Shown here one piece after another: positions 20,301 to 31,297 of a stretch of 64,000 nt of DNA (position 1 is its first letter; every line of letters begins with the position of its first letter). The DNA comes from Nitrospirales bacterium (lineage in GTDB: Bacteria > Nitrospirota > Nitrospiria > Nitrospirales > UBA8639), in the NCBI GenBank assembly GCA_963422365.1, contig OY729426.1:832001-896000 (forward strand). Reading direction: 5' to 3'. A model generated the notes under the pieces. It worked only from the letters and a program-made list of their open reading frames with translations, was not told where the DNA came from and did no database searches. A program made the position numbers and the translations under genes.

Positions 20301-20687
20301 ATGGGGTTAAAAAAGGGAGACATTATTGATGAGCACAAACACCACCCGGATAGTTGTGGCTTGATGATCAAAGTCATGGCCGGTGGCGCGGGATTTGAAA
20401 AAGTCATTTGCTGCGGACATGAATTGACGGAAGAAGATGTGACCCCTACGTTTTCACGCGGCAGAGGACGAAAGCGTGGGAAACTCCCGCCTGCAGTGCT
20501 TCTGGATGAAAAAAAGCTGCACCCCGATTCCTGTGGGCTCCGCGTCATGATTATGGACGGGGGGGGAGGGTTTCAGGAAATCAGGTGTTGTGGCCATTCT
20601 CTTAGGCTCAATGCGATGAAAGAATTTCAATACGGCGAAGAACAACGAGGAGCCTTACCCGAAACAGGGCCAGCGGGTCACGCCTAA
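20301..20687 (+). CDS. Protein with two desulforedoxin-like Cys/His modules
   Basis: Duplicated HPDSCGL-x12-CCGH; GGAGGAG RBS. Confidence 0.7.
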   Translation: MGLKKGDIIDEHKHHPDSCGLMIKVMAGGAGFEKVICCGHELTEEDVTPTFSRGRGRKRGKLPPAVLLDEKKLHPDSCGLRVMIMDGGGGFQEIRCCGHSLRLNAMKEFQYGEEQRGALPETGPAGHA

Positions 20688-20772
20688 AGGCTATGGCTGA
20701 AGACCCCCATGACCATCAAGTTGGTCTTGCGTCACGAAACAGGGTGTGGCACTATGACCTCTTTGGCCTGCC

Positions 20773-21351
20773 ATGAGTTCACTTCCTGAATTTGTCGGTA
20801 CGATTCATATTTTTTTCGGGCCCTATCGTGGCAACCCTATGGGGTTGTATCTTCGAAAAGAAGGCGACTCCTGCTCGATCTCTCCGACTATTTATCCTTG
20901 GGATCGATTTGTGGGTGTGGGCGAAACCGTGAATAAAGCGGCAGCGGATTTTGATGCCAAATGGAAAGCAAGCGATTTAGCCACCGAGATGTACTCAGGG
21001 CCGCATTGGGAAGGTGGCATTAAACCAGAAAAGCCCAAACCCACTCCGAAACCACCGGCTGCGGCTAAACCTGAAGCGGCAAAACCAGAAACACCCCGAA
21101 CTGAATCCCCCGAGGCCTCAGATCTTCCGAAAACGGATACCGCGGCTGTGGCGGCATCACCAACGACGGTCGGGGATTCAGCATCCCCCAGTTCAGCGAC
21201 AACGCCAAGTCCCGATACCGCACCTTCCCAAACTATGCCTTCTGGAACGGACGATTCATCTCCTTCAGCGCCTCAAGAAGGCACAAATCCGCCAGCGGTC
21301 GACGATTCGACCGCATCCGCCGACCCATCTACAGGGTCTCCCTCTGCCTAA
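20773..21351 (+). CDS. Hypothetical protein with a Pro/Ser/Thr-rich disordered tail
   Basis: Globular N-terminus of about 85 aa, then low complexity. Confidence 0.7.
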   Translation: MSSLPEFVGTIHIFFGPYRGNPMGLYLRKEGDSCSISPTIYPWDRFVGVGETVNKAAADFDAKWKASDLATEMYSGPHWEGGIKPEKPKPTPKPPAAAKPEAAKPETPRTESPEASDLPKTDTAAVAASPTTVGDSASPSSATTPSPDTAPSQTMPSGTDDSSPSAPQEGTNPPAVDDSTASADPSTGSPSA

Positions 21352-21397
21352 ATGCTCATCAAATAGGAAAGGGTGCGACCAAAGAAAAAATCAGGGG

Positions 21398-21435
21398 GAG
21401 GTGCCGGGGGCCGGTTTGGCTCACCCCGACACCTC
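21398..21435. terminator. Hairpin between convergent genes
   Basis: gaggtgccgggg...ccccgacacctc inverted repeat next to an A-run. Confidence 0.55.
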
Positions 21436-21445
21436 AGGAGGAAGG

Positions 21446-21721
21446 TTAAAACCAGAAACGGAAATTGGTTTGAAAGAGATTTTCCTTATAGCCTTCGTTA
21501 TCTGCCCCCTCGGTTATGTCCGCATACACATATTCGAGGTTCAGTTTGACGTTGGTAACGAAGTGGTATTGCAGTGAGGCGACAACCTGGGACTCAGATG
21601 CGGGACGGTCGTCAGTGTCATGCCAGTCGTATCGAGCAATGCCCAGCAACTTGGGCGAAAATTCATAAGAGGCTTCGACCGTCCCGCTTGTGGCTTTGTA
21701 ATCGTCTATTTCACCGAAGCC
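21446..21721 (-). pseudogene. 3' remnant of an outer-membrane beta-barrel/porin gene
   Basis: Frame reads GFGEIDDYKATSGTVEASYEFSPKLLGIARYDW...NVKLNLEY...QTNFRFWF (alternating beta strands, terminal Phe) and is cut at the GC-rich insertion. Confidence 0.7.
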
Positions 21722-24700
21722 AGTGGTGCCGGGCGCACCGCCACCTACACCGTGGGGCTCACGGCCCAGCCGAGTAGCGCCGTCACCATCACCCCGACCA
21801 GCGGCGAGCCTGGCGTGGCCACCATCACCCCCTCATCCATCACCATCACCCCCGCCACCTGGGACACGGCCCAGGCCGTCACCGTCACCGGGGTGGATGA
21901 CCGCGTTGATGCGGATCGCCGGACGACCATTACCCATACCGTCACCGGGGGGGGCTATGACGCGGTACGTATCCCCGACGTGGCCGTCACGCTGACGGAT
22001 GACGACACGGTGGAGGCATTGCTCTTCGGCTTTGCCGGGGACACCCTGACCGTCACCGAGGCCGACGGCTCGATGCACCGCACCTACTACCAAATCGTCC
22101 TGCAAAGCCAGCCGACCGGCGCCGTCACCATCATTCCCACCAGCGGGAAGACCGGCGTAGCCACCGTCACCCCTTCATCCATCACCTTCACCGCTGATAC
22201 CTGGGCCGAGCCACAGAGCCTCGCGGTCACCGGCGTGGACGACCACGTTGATGGGGGAGACCGACGCACCACCATCACCCATACCGTCTCTGGGGGCGGC
22301 TACGACGCGGTGCGCATTCCCGACGTGGCCGTCACGCTGACGGATGACGACGTGGCCGGCATCACCGTCACCGAGACGGATGGCCACACCGTGACCACCG
22401 AAGGGGGGAGTCGCGACAGCGTCAGCGTGGTGTTAGACAGCCAGCCCACGGCCGAGGTCACCCTCACCGTCTCGAGTTCCGACGTGAGTGAAGGCACTGT
22501 TGACACGAGCCGCCTGGTCTTCACCCCCCACAACTGGGCCACCGCGCAGGTGATCACGGTCACCGGGGTGGATGACCGGTTGGATGATGGCGAGCAGTCG
22601 TACAAGATCGAACTGGGTATCGCAGCCAGTCGCGACAGCCACTACAATGGGCTCAAGCCTGATGATGTGGTGGTCACCTCGACGGGCGCGTTCTTCGTTG
22701 CACTCACCGGGGTTGTCCTGGGCACGACCAAGATAGAGGGCTACACCATCACCACACAGGTAGACGGGGCGGGGGTGCAGTTGACGCTGCCGGCCGGGGT
22801 GACCTTTGGGGCCGAGCCGGCCTCCCTGGAGATCCGGCTGGACGCGCCGCTCGCCTCAGCGGCCACGGTCTGTCTGCAGCAGCCCGCCGGGCTGTCGGGG
22901 ACGCTGTTTGTGTATCATCTTGCCGATAAGGCCCAGACGTGGGAGAAACTGTCGCCCGCAGCGGCGCCCCGCGGGTATGTCTGCGGCGAAACAGGCAGCT
23001 TTTCGGTGTTTGTCGTGGGGTCGCCCCTGCCGGGTTTCGGGGCAGCCTCGATTGAGGAGTACAGCTGGACGGTTGGCGAGGCCGTTGACGTGCGGCTGCC
23101 GGCAGCCACGGGGGGAGACGGGCCGATCACCTACCGGCTGAGTCCGGCTCTCCCGGCGGGGCTCAGTTTTGAGGCAAAGGCGCGCACCATCACCGGCACG
23201 CCCACGGAGGCGGTGGCGAAGACGCGGTTCACCGACACGGCCACAGACACCGACGGCCAGACGGGGCAGTTGCACTTCAGGGTGACGGTGCAGGCTGCTG
23301 AGGTGAGGCACCGTTCCCGGGCGCTCACGGTGGCCCTCGCGGCGTTCGGGCGGACGGCCGCCACCGAGGCGGTAGACGTAATCGGGCGCCGGTTTGAGGC
23401 GGCGCCGGTCACGACGCCGGCGGTCACGGTGGGGGGCACGGCAGTCCCCGCCCTGGACGTCCGGTCCGTAGCGGGGGTGTTGGGCGGGGTGCTGGGCCTG
23501 ACGGGAGCGAGCCGGGACTCGGCCGGCCGAGGCCGAGCGGCCGAGGGCCGGGTGGCCCCGAGCCGGTCCCCGCGGCTTGCGGCCACGGACGTGTTTGCGC
23601 GCAGCGAGTTTGCCGTGCCGTTGACCGGGACGAACGAGGGTGAATTGACAACGGGCTGGACCTTCTGGGGCACGGGGGCAGCCAGCGGCTTTTCCAGTCA
23701 GCTCCTGGAGACCGACGGGGCGGTCTACACGGGCTACGTAGGACTGGACTACCGGTTCGGGCAGAAGGGGCTAGCGGGCGTCGCGGTGTCGCACAGCGTG
23801 GGGGGCCTGGACTACGAGGTCGCGGGGGACTTTCTCCTGGTCAGCGGCGAGCGAGGGGGCATCCGGGGCGAGGTAGACCTAGCCATGACCAGCGTGCTGC
23901 CCTATGTCCACTACACGCCGTCTCCGGGGCTTGGGCTGTGGGGCCTCGCGGGCGCGGGCGTAGGGGAGCTGGAGGTGCAAGACGCCGCCGGGCGCGTGGA
24001 GACGGACGTTCAGTTGCTGCTGGCCGCGGTAGGCGGGCGGCAGGCGCTGACCACGTGGCACGGGATCGAGGTGGCGGTAAAATCCGATGCGTTTGCCGTG
24101 CGGGTGAAAGCGGACGAAGCCGCGGGGCTGGCGGCGGTGACCGGGGTGGCGCACCGGGCGCGGGTGGCGCTGGCGATGAAGACGGACGTCGCCCTGTCAC
24201 CAGAGTCGGCCCTGCAGCCCAGTGTGGAGCTGGGGGGGCGCTGGGACAACGGCGACGCCGAGACGGGGATGGGAGCAGAGCTCAGCGGCGGGGTCGAGTA
24301 TCAGCAGAGGTGGTGGGGGGTGAGTCTCGCGGCTCGCGGCCGGTATCTGCTGGCGCATCAGGCAACGGACTTTGAGGCTTGGGGCGGCAGTCTCGCCGTG
24401 AAAGTAGGAGAGGGGCTGGGGGGGCAGGGGCTGTGGGTGGCGTTCGAGCCGACGTGGGGCACCCCGGCCAGTGGCGTGGAGCAGTTGTGGGGCCGTGAGG
24501 CCGGGCCGGCCGGCAACGGGGCGCCCGCGGGCGGGGCCGTGGGCCGGCTGACGGCGGACGTTGGCTATGGGCTGGCCCTGCGCCAGCCCGGGTGGCTGGT
24601 GACGCCCTACGGGGGCGTCGCCACCGGGCCGGCCACCAGCCGGTATCGGCTGGGCGGCCACCTCCAGGTCCACGAGACCATGGCCCTCAGCCTCGAGGGG

Positions 24701-24769
24701 ATGCGGCAAACCACCCCTGACAGCGCCACTGAGCACGGCATCGTGTTCTCCTGGACGGTGGGCTTGTAG
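21711..24769 (+). pseudogene. 5'-truncated Calx-beta-like repeat + putative Ig (He_PIG) + autotransporter barrel surface protein
   Basis: VTVTGVDD repeats, LPAGLSF..RTITGTPT, barrel motifs (FGRTAA, RWDNGDAETG, ARGRYLLAH); no signal peptide; visibly GC-rich. Confidence 0.8.
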
Positions 24770-25099
24770 GGAGGAAGGGGCCTCGGCCATCCCCCCCCCA
24801 CTGTAAGAGGTCGGCATCCAGCGAGCAGGGCGCCCCGGCTTTTCAGGCAGGGCTGGATCTGACACAGGGGGGGGAATGCTCGAAACGTGCCGGTCTCTAT
24901 TCCCTGGAATGAGCGTAGCGGTCGGCGCTCTAGCAGAATGGGACAGAAGACACAATGGGATTACGCGTGCAAGCCACAAGATACCCTTTCCGCTAAGCGC
25001 CGGTCCTTGACTTTTTGAAGGCAGGATTTATCTGAAAACATGGAAGCGCTTCAAGAGAAACAGAAAACTCTAACGGTTACAGACAAAAGGAGGTGCACC

Positions 25100-25540
25100 A
25101 TGCTGGTCAAATGGAATCCGTTTCAAGAAATCGAGCGAACATTAGAGTGGTGGGGAACTCAGCCGTTTCGATGTCCGCAGTGGGATAATCCGCAGGCGTC
25201 AACAGTCAATTGGGTCCCACAGGTGAATGTCTATGAAGATACAGAAAACTTGTTTGTGGAAGCACAATTGCCGGGTATTGACATGAACGATGTGAAAATA
25301 TCTGTGACTGACCACACATTACACCTTCACGGAGAACGAAAAGAAGAACGTGAAGAGAGCCAAGAGAACTATCATGTCCGTGAAGCGCAGTATGGGGTTT
25401 TCGCTCGGAACTTCCGTCTTCCTCACTACGTGAAAACGGATCAGGCGGTGGCACGGTATGACAAAGGCGTGTTGACCGTGCAGGTTCCCAAGCTAGGAGA
25501 AACCAAGTCGAAATCGATTCCGATCGACGTCAAGGGATGA
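25100..25540 (+). CDS. Hsp20/alpha-crystallin small heat shock protein
   Basis: KWNPF, PQVNVYE, YGVFARNFRLP, ARYDKGVLTV; AGGAGG RBS before ATG 25100. Confidence 0.93.
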   Translation: MLVKWNPFQEIERTLEWWGTQPFRCPQWDNPQASTVNWVPQVNVYEDTENLFVEAQLPGIDMNDVKISVTDHTLHLHGERKEEREESQENYHVREAQYGVFARNFRLPHYVKTDQAVARYDKGVLTVQVPKLGETKSKSIPIDVKG

Positions 25541-25750
25541 TCGTCACCCAATGAACGCGTTGACGGTGCCGGGGCGAGGGTTGGGTTTCTGAAAGAACCC
25601 AACCCTCGCCCCGGCACGTTCGGGTTTGACCGTGACCATCCGGCATTGGATCGTGCTCTCATTCTTTCTTCCTTACGATCTGTTTGTAAAAAATGTGTTC
25701 CTCGTTTAATCTGCCTCCCCTGACCGTGGCCTTCCCGTGAGGCCAATTCC

Positions 25751-26188
25751 ATGAAAGGGCGAGTGCTTGCCGTAACAGCCAAGCTGTCCATTCCGGAACA
25801 GGAGCTCCAATTTCGCGCGTCACGTAGCAGTGGTCCGGGAGGCCAAAATGTCAACAAGGTGAATACACGCGTGATGTTGCATTTTGACTTCAAGCGTTCT
25901 CCATCGTTGACAGCCAGGGAAAAATCCCTGCTCAGCAGAAAACTCAAAACTCGGATCAACAAGGAGGGGATGTTCTATTTGTATGCTCAACGAGCTTCGA
26001 GTCAGGCGATGAATCGAGCCGATTTGCTTCAGAAGTTTTGCCGGCTTCTTCACGAAGCTCTGACTCCACAAAAGATCCGAAAAAAGACTCAGATCTCTCA
26101 AAATTCCATTGCGAAGCGATTGGATCAAAAAAAACGGCGAGGACGGGTCAAGCTATTACGCCATCAGCTGGTCCGGATCGACGACTGA
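25751..26188 (+). CDS. arfB: Alternative ribosome-rescue peptidyl-tRNA hydrolase
   Basis: SRSSGPGGQNVNKV and a basic C-terminal tail. Confidence 0.93.
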   Translation: MKGRVLAVTAKLSIPEQELQFRASRSSGPGGQNVNKVNTRVMLHFDFKRSPSLTAREKSLLSRKLKTRINKEGMFYLYAQRASSQAMNRADLLQKFCRLLHEALTPQKIRKKTQISQNSIAKRLDQKKRRGRVKLLRHQLVRIDD

Positions 26189-26227
26189 CCATTCACGGGA
26201 CTTGAGTCAACTGAAACGAGGTGTTTC

Positions 26228-28309
26228 GTGTCGCCAACCAACCAGGATGCGTCCTTCGGGTTATTGAATCCTCCTCTCGCCAAAACGATTCCCAGGATCA
26301 TGGAAAAGCATGGCCAGTCGCGGACGGATAATTATGCTTGGTTGTCCGAACGTGACAATCCCGACGTGCTGGCCTATCTCAGGGAAGAGAACGACTATGC
26401 TCAGGGAGTCATGGCCCACCGATTGAAGTTCGAGGAGACCCTTTTCACAGAGATCAAGGGGAGAATCAAACAAACCGACTCGTCTGTTCCCGACAAACTC
26501 GATGACTACTACTATTACACGAGCTATCAGGAAGGGAGAGAATATCCTCTGTACTGCCGAAAGCGGGAGACGTTAGAGGCCCCAGAAGAGATGATGTTAG
26601 ACGTAAACGTGTTGGCTGAGGGCCATGAATTTTTCTCCATTGGCGGGATGGCCGTAAGTTCTGCCCAGGATCTGCTCGCGTATGCGTTTGATACGCAAGG
26701 GAGACGCATGTACACGGTTCGATTCAAGAATGTGGCAACCGGTGAGTTGTTGGATGACGTTCTTGAACGGGTGACGGGAAACGTCGCCTGGGCAAATGAC
26801 AACAGGACGCTCTTTTATAGCAAACAAGACCCGAACACCCTGCGCGCGTTTCAAGTTTTTCGACATCAGTTAGGTCGCGACCCGTCTTCCGATGTGTTGG
26901 TGTTCGAAGAAGAGGACGAGACGTTTTCCACGGCTGTCTTGAAGACCAAATCGAAGCGGTACCTCATGATTGCTTCCTGTCAAACCGTGAGTACGGAGTA
27001 TCGCTATCTCTCAGCGGATCATCCCGACGGCGAATTTTCGGTGTTTTTTCCTCGTGAACGGTTTCATGAATATGACGTCGATCATTACCAGGACGCATTT
27101 TATATTCGCACCAACTGGGAGGCGAAGAACTTTCGCCTCATGAAGACGCCTCTTCATCAAACGAGCCGGTCATCGTGGCGAGACGTCCTTTTACCCCGCG
27201 ATGATGTCCTGCTTGAATCCTTTGAACTCTTTCGAGACTTCCTCGTAACGGAAGAGCGGCATCAGGGGTTGGTGCGGTTACGAATTATTCCGTGGAGTGG
27301 GGAAGACGAACATTATGTGGATTTTGGGGAGCCGACGTATTTAGCAGAGTTGGGAGAAAATCCTGATTTTGATACGTCGACCTTGCGGTACGTGTATACC
27401 TCCATGACAACGCCGGATTCCGTGTATGACTATGAGATGAACACCCACAACAAGGTTTTACTGAAACAAGAAGAGGTCGTAGGTGGGTTTGAGATCTCGC
27501 ACTATGCCACTGAACGAACTTGGGCTACGGCATTAGACGGAAAACAGATTCCGATTTCGTTGGTGTACCGAAAGAACCTTCAAAAACCTGAAGGGAATCC
27601 TCTCCTGCTGTATGGCTATGGCGCCTATGGGATGAGTCTGGATGCGAATTTTCGTTCTCCACGCTTAAGCCTTCTTGATCGTGGGTTCGTGTTTGCGATT
27701 GCGCATGTCCGAGGAGGGGGAGAGTTAGGCCGTGAATGGTATGAGACCGGAAAACTCTTTCACAAGAAAAATACGTTTACGGATTTTATCGCCTGTGCCG
27801 AACACCTGGTGCAAGAAGGCTATGCAACGTCAAAGCAAGTGTATGCAATGGGTGGCAGCGCCGGAGGGCTGCTCATGGGGGCGGTGGTCAATATGCGGCC
27901 TGATCTGTTTCATGGGGTGGTGGCACAAGTCCCATTTGTTGACGTCATGACCACGATGTTGGATTCGAAGATTCCCCTGACCACGGGAGAATACGATGAA
28001 TGGGGCGATCCTAACCAAAAAGAGTCTTACGAGTCTATCGCGTCCTATTCCCCTTATGATCAGGTCACGGCACAGGCCTACCCTCATTTACTGGTAACCA
28101 CGGCGCTCCATGATTCCCAAGTGCAATATTGGGAGCCTGCGAAATGGGTGGCCAAATTGCGTCGCGTGAAAACCAACCAGAACCGATTGTTCCTCAAAAC
28201 CAACATGGAGGCAGGCCATGGAGGGGCCTCGGGCCGATTTCAGCGATATCAAGAATTAGCATTCATCTACACCTTCCTCTTAGACTTGGCGAACTTGGCC
28301 GAAGGGTGA
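26228..28309 (+). CDS. ptrB: Oligopeptidase B (S9A)
   Basis: GGSAGGLL, EYDEWGDP, HDSQVQYWEPAKWVAKLR, GHGG. Confidence 0.95.
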   Translation: MSPTNQDASFGLLNPPLAKTIPRIMEKHGQSRTDNYAWLSERDNPDVLAYLREENDYAQGVMAHRLKFEETLFTEIKGRIKQTDSSVPDKLDDYYYYTSYQEGREYPLYCRKRETLEAPEEMMLDVNVLAEGHEFFSIGGMAVSSAQDLLAYAFDTQGRRMYTVRFKNVATGELLDDVLERVTGNVAWANDNRTLFYSKQDPNTLRAFQVFRHQLGRDPSSDVLVFEEEDETFSTAVLKTKSKRYLMIASCQTVSTEYRYLSADHPDGEFSVFFPRERFHEYDVDHYQDAFYIRTNWEAKNFRLMKTPLHQTSRSSWRDVLLPRDDVLLESFELFRDFLVTEERHQGLVRLRIIPWSGEDEHYVDFGEPTYLAELGENPDFDTSTLRYVYTSMTTPDSVYDYEMNTHNKVLLKQEEVVGGFEISHYATERTWATALDGKQIPISLVYRKNLQKPEGNPLLLYGYGAYGMSLDANFRSPRLSLLDRGFVFAIAHVRGGGELGREWYETGKLFHKKNTFTDFIACAEHLVQEGYATSKQVYAMGGSAGGLLMGAVVNMRPDLFHGVVAQVPFVDVMTTMLDSKIPLTTGEYDEWGDPNQKESYESIASYSPYDQVTAQAYPHLLVTTALHDSQVQYWEPAKWVAKLRRVKTNQNRLFLKTNMEAGHGGASGRFQRYQELAFIYTFLLDLANLAEG

Positions 28310-28318
28310 GCCCGTCCC

Positions 28319-29572
28319 TTAACACATCGCGGCTAATTGCGCTTTCATCCCCGGCTCGCGAAGTTTGTTGAGAGCCAGGGCTTCGATTTGTCGAATCCGT
28401 TCACGCGTCACATTCATCAGTTTGCCCACTTCCTCAAGCGTTCGGGATTGTCCGTTGCCGATTCCGAACCGTAAGCGAATCACTTGTTCTTCTCGTGGCG
28501 TCAGGACCCCAAGAAGATGATTGAGGTGGGTCTTCATTTGTTTCTCTTGAATCTGTTCATCCGGCGGCAAAGCATTCTCATCCGGGATGCAGTCTCCCAG
28601 GAACTGTTCCCCGTCGGTATTGGGATGGTCAAAAGAAATCGGTTCCAAAAACGCTTGCGTCGTGTGGCGCATTCGTTCAGGATTGATGCCTAAGGCTAGG
28701 GCAATTTCCTGGTTGGAGGGCTCGCGGCCTAGCTGTTGAGCCAAACGGTGTGAGACTCTGATCATGCGTTGCCACGCTTCTGTCGTATGAACCGGAACCC
28801 GAATGGTTCGAGATTGGTCAGCCACGGCGCGTAGCATCCCCTGGCGTACCCACCACGTGGCATAGGTGCTGAATTTGAACCCTTTCCGGTATTGGAAGCG
28901 TTCGGCCGCACGCATCAATCCAATGTTCCCTTCTTGAATGAGATCCAAAAAACTCAGCCCGCGGCCCGTAAAACGTTTCGCAATACCAACGACAAGGCGG
29001 AGGTTCCGTTGAACCAACTCTTCCTTTGCTTGTTCCAATTGCCTACGGTCTGAGGCTAACTCGTCTTGAAGCCGTTGCAGCCGTTTTCCGAGCATGCGGG
29101 TTTTGAAGCTACGAATGGATGATACGGCGTTTCTGAGTCCGGACAAGCGTTCCTGTACTTCATCCAGAGCTGGAGCCGATAAGCCACTCAGGCCACGAAT
29201 TTCGGTCAGCGAGTGCAACACCTCATGAAACTCAGGCTTGTCGCCGAGAGCGCCAACGTATTGAATGGCTTGGGTGAGCACAGTCCGAATGCTTCGGCTC
29301 CTCTCGTCGATACGTTTGGCCAGTTCCAATTCCTCCCTTTGGTCTAGAAGGGGGCGCGATCGAAAGGTACGAAAATAGATGGGTTCGAGGGCGGCGTTTT
29401 TGGGTTCCTTGCCTTCATCTTTTTCGTCGCGCGAGCAATCCTCGCCCACGGTATCCAGCGTGGGACCACCGTCAGGGAAGCAATTTGAGACAAGAAACGT
29501 ACCTTTTGTCGAATTCCGATTCTTTCTCTTCTCGACATCGAACGGCTTGTTGGCGAGCATTATGTTGTTCAT
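28319..29572 (-). CDS. RpoD/SigA-family sigma70 factor without region 1.1
   Basis: NLRLVV, DLIQEGNIGL, KFSTYATWW, TRERIRQIE. Confidence 0.92.
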   Translation of the reverse strand: MNNIMLANKPFDVEKRKNRNSTKGTFLVSNCFPDGGPTLDTVGEDCSRDEKDEGKEPKNAALEPIYFRTFRSRPLLDQREELELAKRIDERSRSIRTVLTQAIQYVGALGDKPEFHEVLHSLTEIRGLSGLSAPALDEVQERLSGLRNAVSSIRSFKTRMLGKRLQRLQDELASDRRQLEQAKEELVQRNLRLVVGIAKRFTGRGLSFLDLIQEGNIGLMRAAERFQYRKGFKFSTYATWWVRQGMLRAVADQSRTIRVPVHTTEAWQRMIRVSHRLAQQLGREPSNQEIALALGINPERMRHTTQAFLEPISFDHPNTDGEQFLGDCIPDENALPPDEQIQEKQMKTHLNHLLGVLTPREEQVIRLRFGIGNGQSRTLEEVGKLMNVTRERIRQIEALALNKLREPGMKAQLAAMC

Positions 29573-29620
29573 GGGGTTCTCCTTTCTTCACCACGATCGA
29601 TTGTCTTCCCTGCATGCTGG

Positions 29621-31150
29621 TTACACGTTGATCGTGAGAAACAGTGGCGTTCCTTGCCGCTGAATAAACAAGAGAATCGTTTGTTTGTTCGGTAAGGCCT
29701 TCACTGTTTGTCGAAATCCTTTCAACGATTGAACCGGTTCATGATTGATCTCGCGGATAATGTCACCTTGAACGAGTCCAGCCTCTTCGGCTTGGCTACC
29801 CACACGAATGTCCGTGACCACGACACCTGTGATGTGGCCGTTGACGCCGAGTCGTTTTGCCAGGCGTGGGGTGAGATCCTCCACGGTCAGCCCTGCCAGA
29901 CGGGAATCGGTATCCGGTTGCTGCGCGGACGCGATTTGTTGACCCATTGGATGCTCAATGATGGTCGTGCGCAAGGATTGTTCCTCTCCATCACGCACGA
30001 TCATGATCGTGACGTCGGTCCCAACACTGGTGGTGGTCACCGCCCGTTGTAAGTCCCTGGGATTGGCAATAGGCTGTTCTTGATAGCGAATGATGGTGTC
30101 CCCTCGTTGGAGTCCGGCACGGTCTGCCGGGCTTTCTGCACGGACCTCGGTCACGATGGCTCCGGCAGGGCGATCCAAGTGAAACGATTTGGCCAGCTCA
30201 GGGGTGACGCCTTGAATCCCGACGCCTAAGAATCCGCGGGTGACCTTTCCGGTCGTCACCAGGTTTGTATAGACGGATTGGCCTATGCTGGCGGGCACGG
30301 CAAACCCCACACCTTGGTATCCGCCCGTTCTTGAGAGAATGGCGGTGTTAATGCCGACTAATTCCCCACGCATGTTGACCAAGGCGCCGCCGGAGTTCCC
30401 GGGATTGATCGCCGCATCGGTTTGAATGAAATCTTCATACTGCGTGATGCCCATCCCGCCACGACCCTTGGCACTCACGATGCCTTGCGTGACGGTGGAG
30501 TGCAGCCCGAAAGGATTCCCGATCGCGAGGACGTAATCGCCGACGTCAAGTGTGGACGAATCGCCCCAAGGGATGAACGGGAGGTTGTCTCCTTGAATTT
30601 TAATCACAGACAAATCGGTTTGCGGGTCGCTCCCCACAATCGAACCGGTGAACTCTCGTTTATCAAGCATGGCCACAGTCACCGTTTTTGCGCCTTCGAT
30701 GACGTGATGGTTGGTGACCACGTACCCGTCAGGACTCACGATGACTCCAGAGCCCATCCCGCGAGGCTTTTGCCGTGGGTCGGGGAAAGGAGGCATCCCA
30801 AAGAAGTTTTTGCCCCGCGGGCCGTGGTTGAACCAATCGGGGCGGCCGGGAGTCTGGGAGAATCCCGTGTCCTTGACCCTGGAGGCCGTGATATTCACGA
30901 CGGCAGGCCTGGCCGCTTTGACAATGTGTGCAAATCCATGCCCGACCTGAAAATCAGGTTGGGCGGTCTGAGCAATAGCATGAGGCGTCGAAAGAGCGGA
31001 ATGTGTCGGAGATCCCACCGCGCCGGTTGAAAAAACGGCGACGAACATTCCCGAAAGGGCTAAGCCCATTGCGAGGCCGATCAGGACTTTTTTCTTGTCC
31101 TGCATCATGGTGAGCGCTGTGAGCGATGGTCCGTGGAATGGTTGTTTCAT
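29621..31150 (-). CDS. degP: HtrA/DegP serine protease with two PDZ domains
   Basis: TNHHV, QTDAAINPGNSGG, two PDZ domains. Confidence 0.93.
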   Translation of the reverse strand: MKQPFHGPSLTALTMMQDKKKVLIGLAMGLALSGMFVAVFSTGAVGSPTHSALSTPHAIAQTAQPDFQVGHGFAHIVKAARPAVVNITASRVKDTGFSQTPGRPDWFNHGPRGKNFFGMPPFPDPRQKPRGMGSGVIVSPDGYVVTNHHVIEGAKTVTVAMLDKREFTGSIVGSDPQTDLSVIKIQGDNLPFIPWGDSSTLDVGDYVLAIGNPFGLHSTVTQGIVSAKGRGGMGITQYEDFIQTDAAINPGNSGGALVNMRGELVGINTAILSRTGGYQGVGFAVPASIGQSVYTNLVTTGKVTRGFLGVGIQGVTPELAKSFHLDRPAGAIVTEVRAESPADRAGLQRGDTIIRYQEQPIANPRDLQRAVTTTSVGTDVTIMIVRDGEEQSLRTTIIEHPMGQQIASAQQPDTDSRLAGLTVEDLTPRLAKRLGVNGHITGVVVTDIRVGSQAEEAGLVQGDIIREINHEPVQSLKGFRQTVKALPNKQTILLFIQRQGTPLFLTINV

Positions 31151-31297
31151 GACGTCCTCCTTGATGAAATGGCGTTGACGCGTGTACGCATTGGTTGAAA
31201 TCGTTGTAACACCGAAACATGAAAATAAAATTAATCGTGGATTAAAAACTTCTAATCCACAAGGAGGAAAAGCAACCGAACCTAAGCAGGAGTTGCG

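Noticed and set aside
21620..21710. ATG 21620 as the real start of a 1049-aa protein
   Set aside because: The first 30 codons are the antisense of the porin remnant; no RBS or signal peptide
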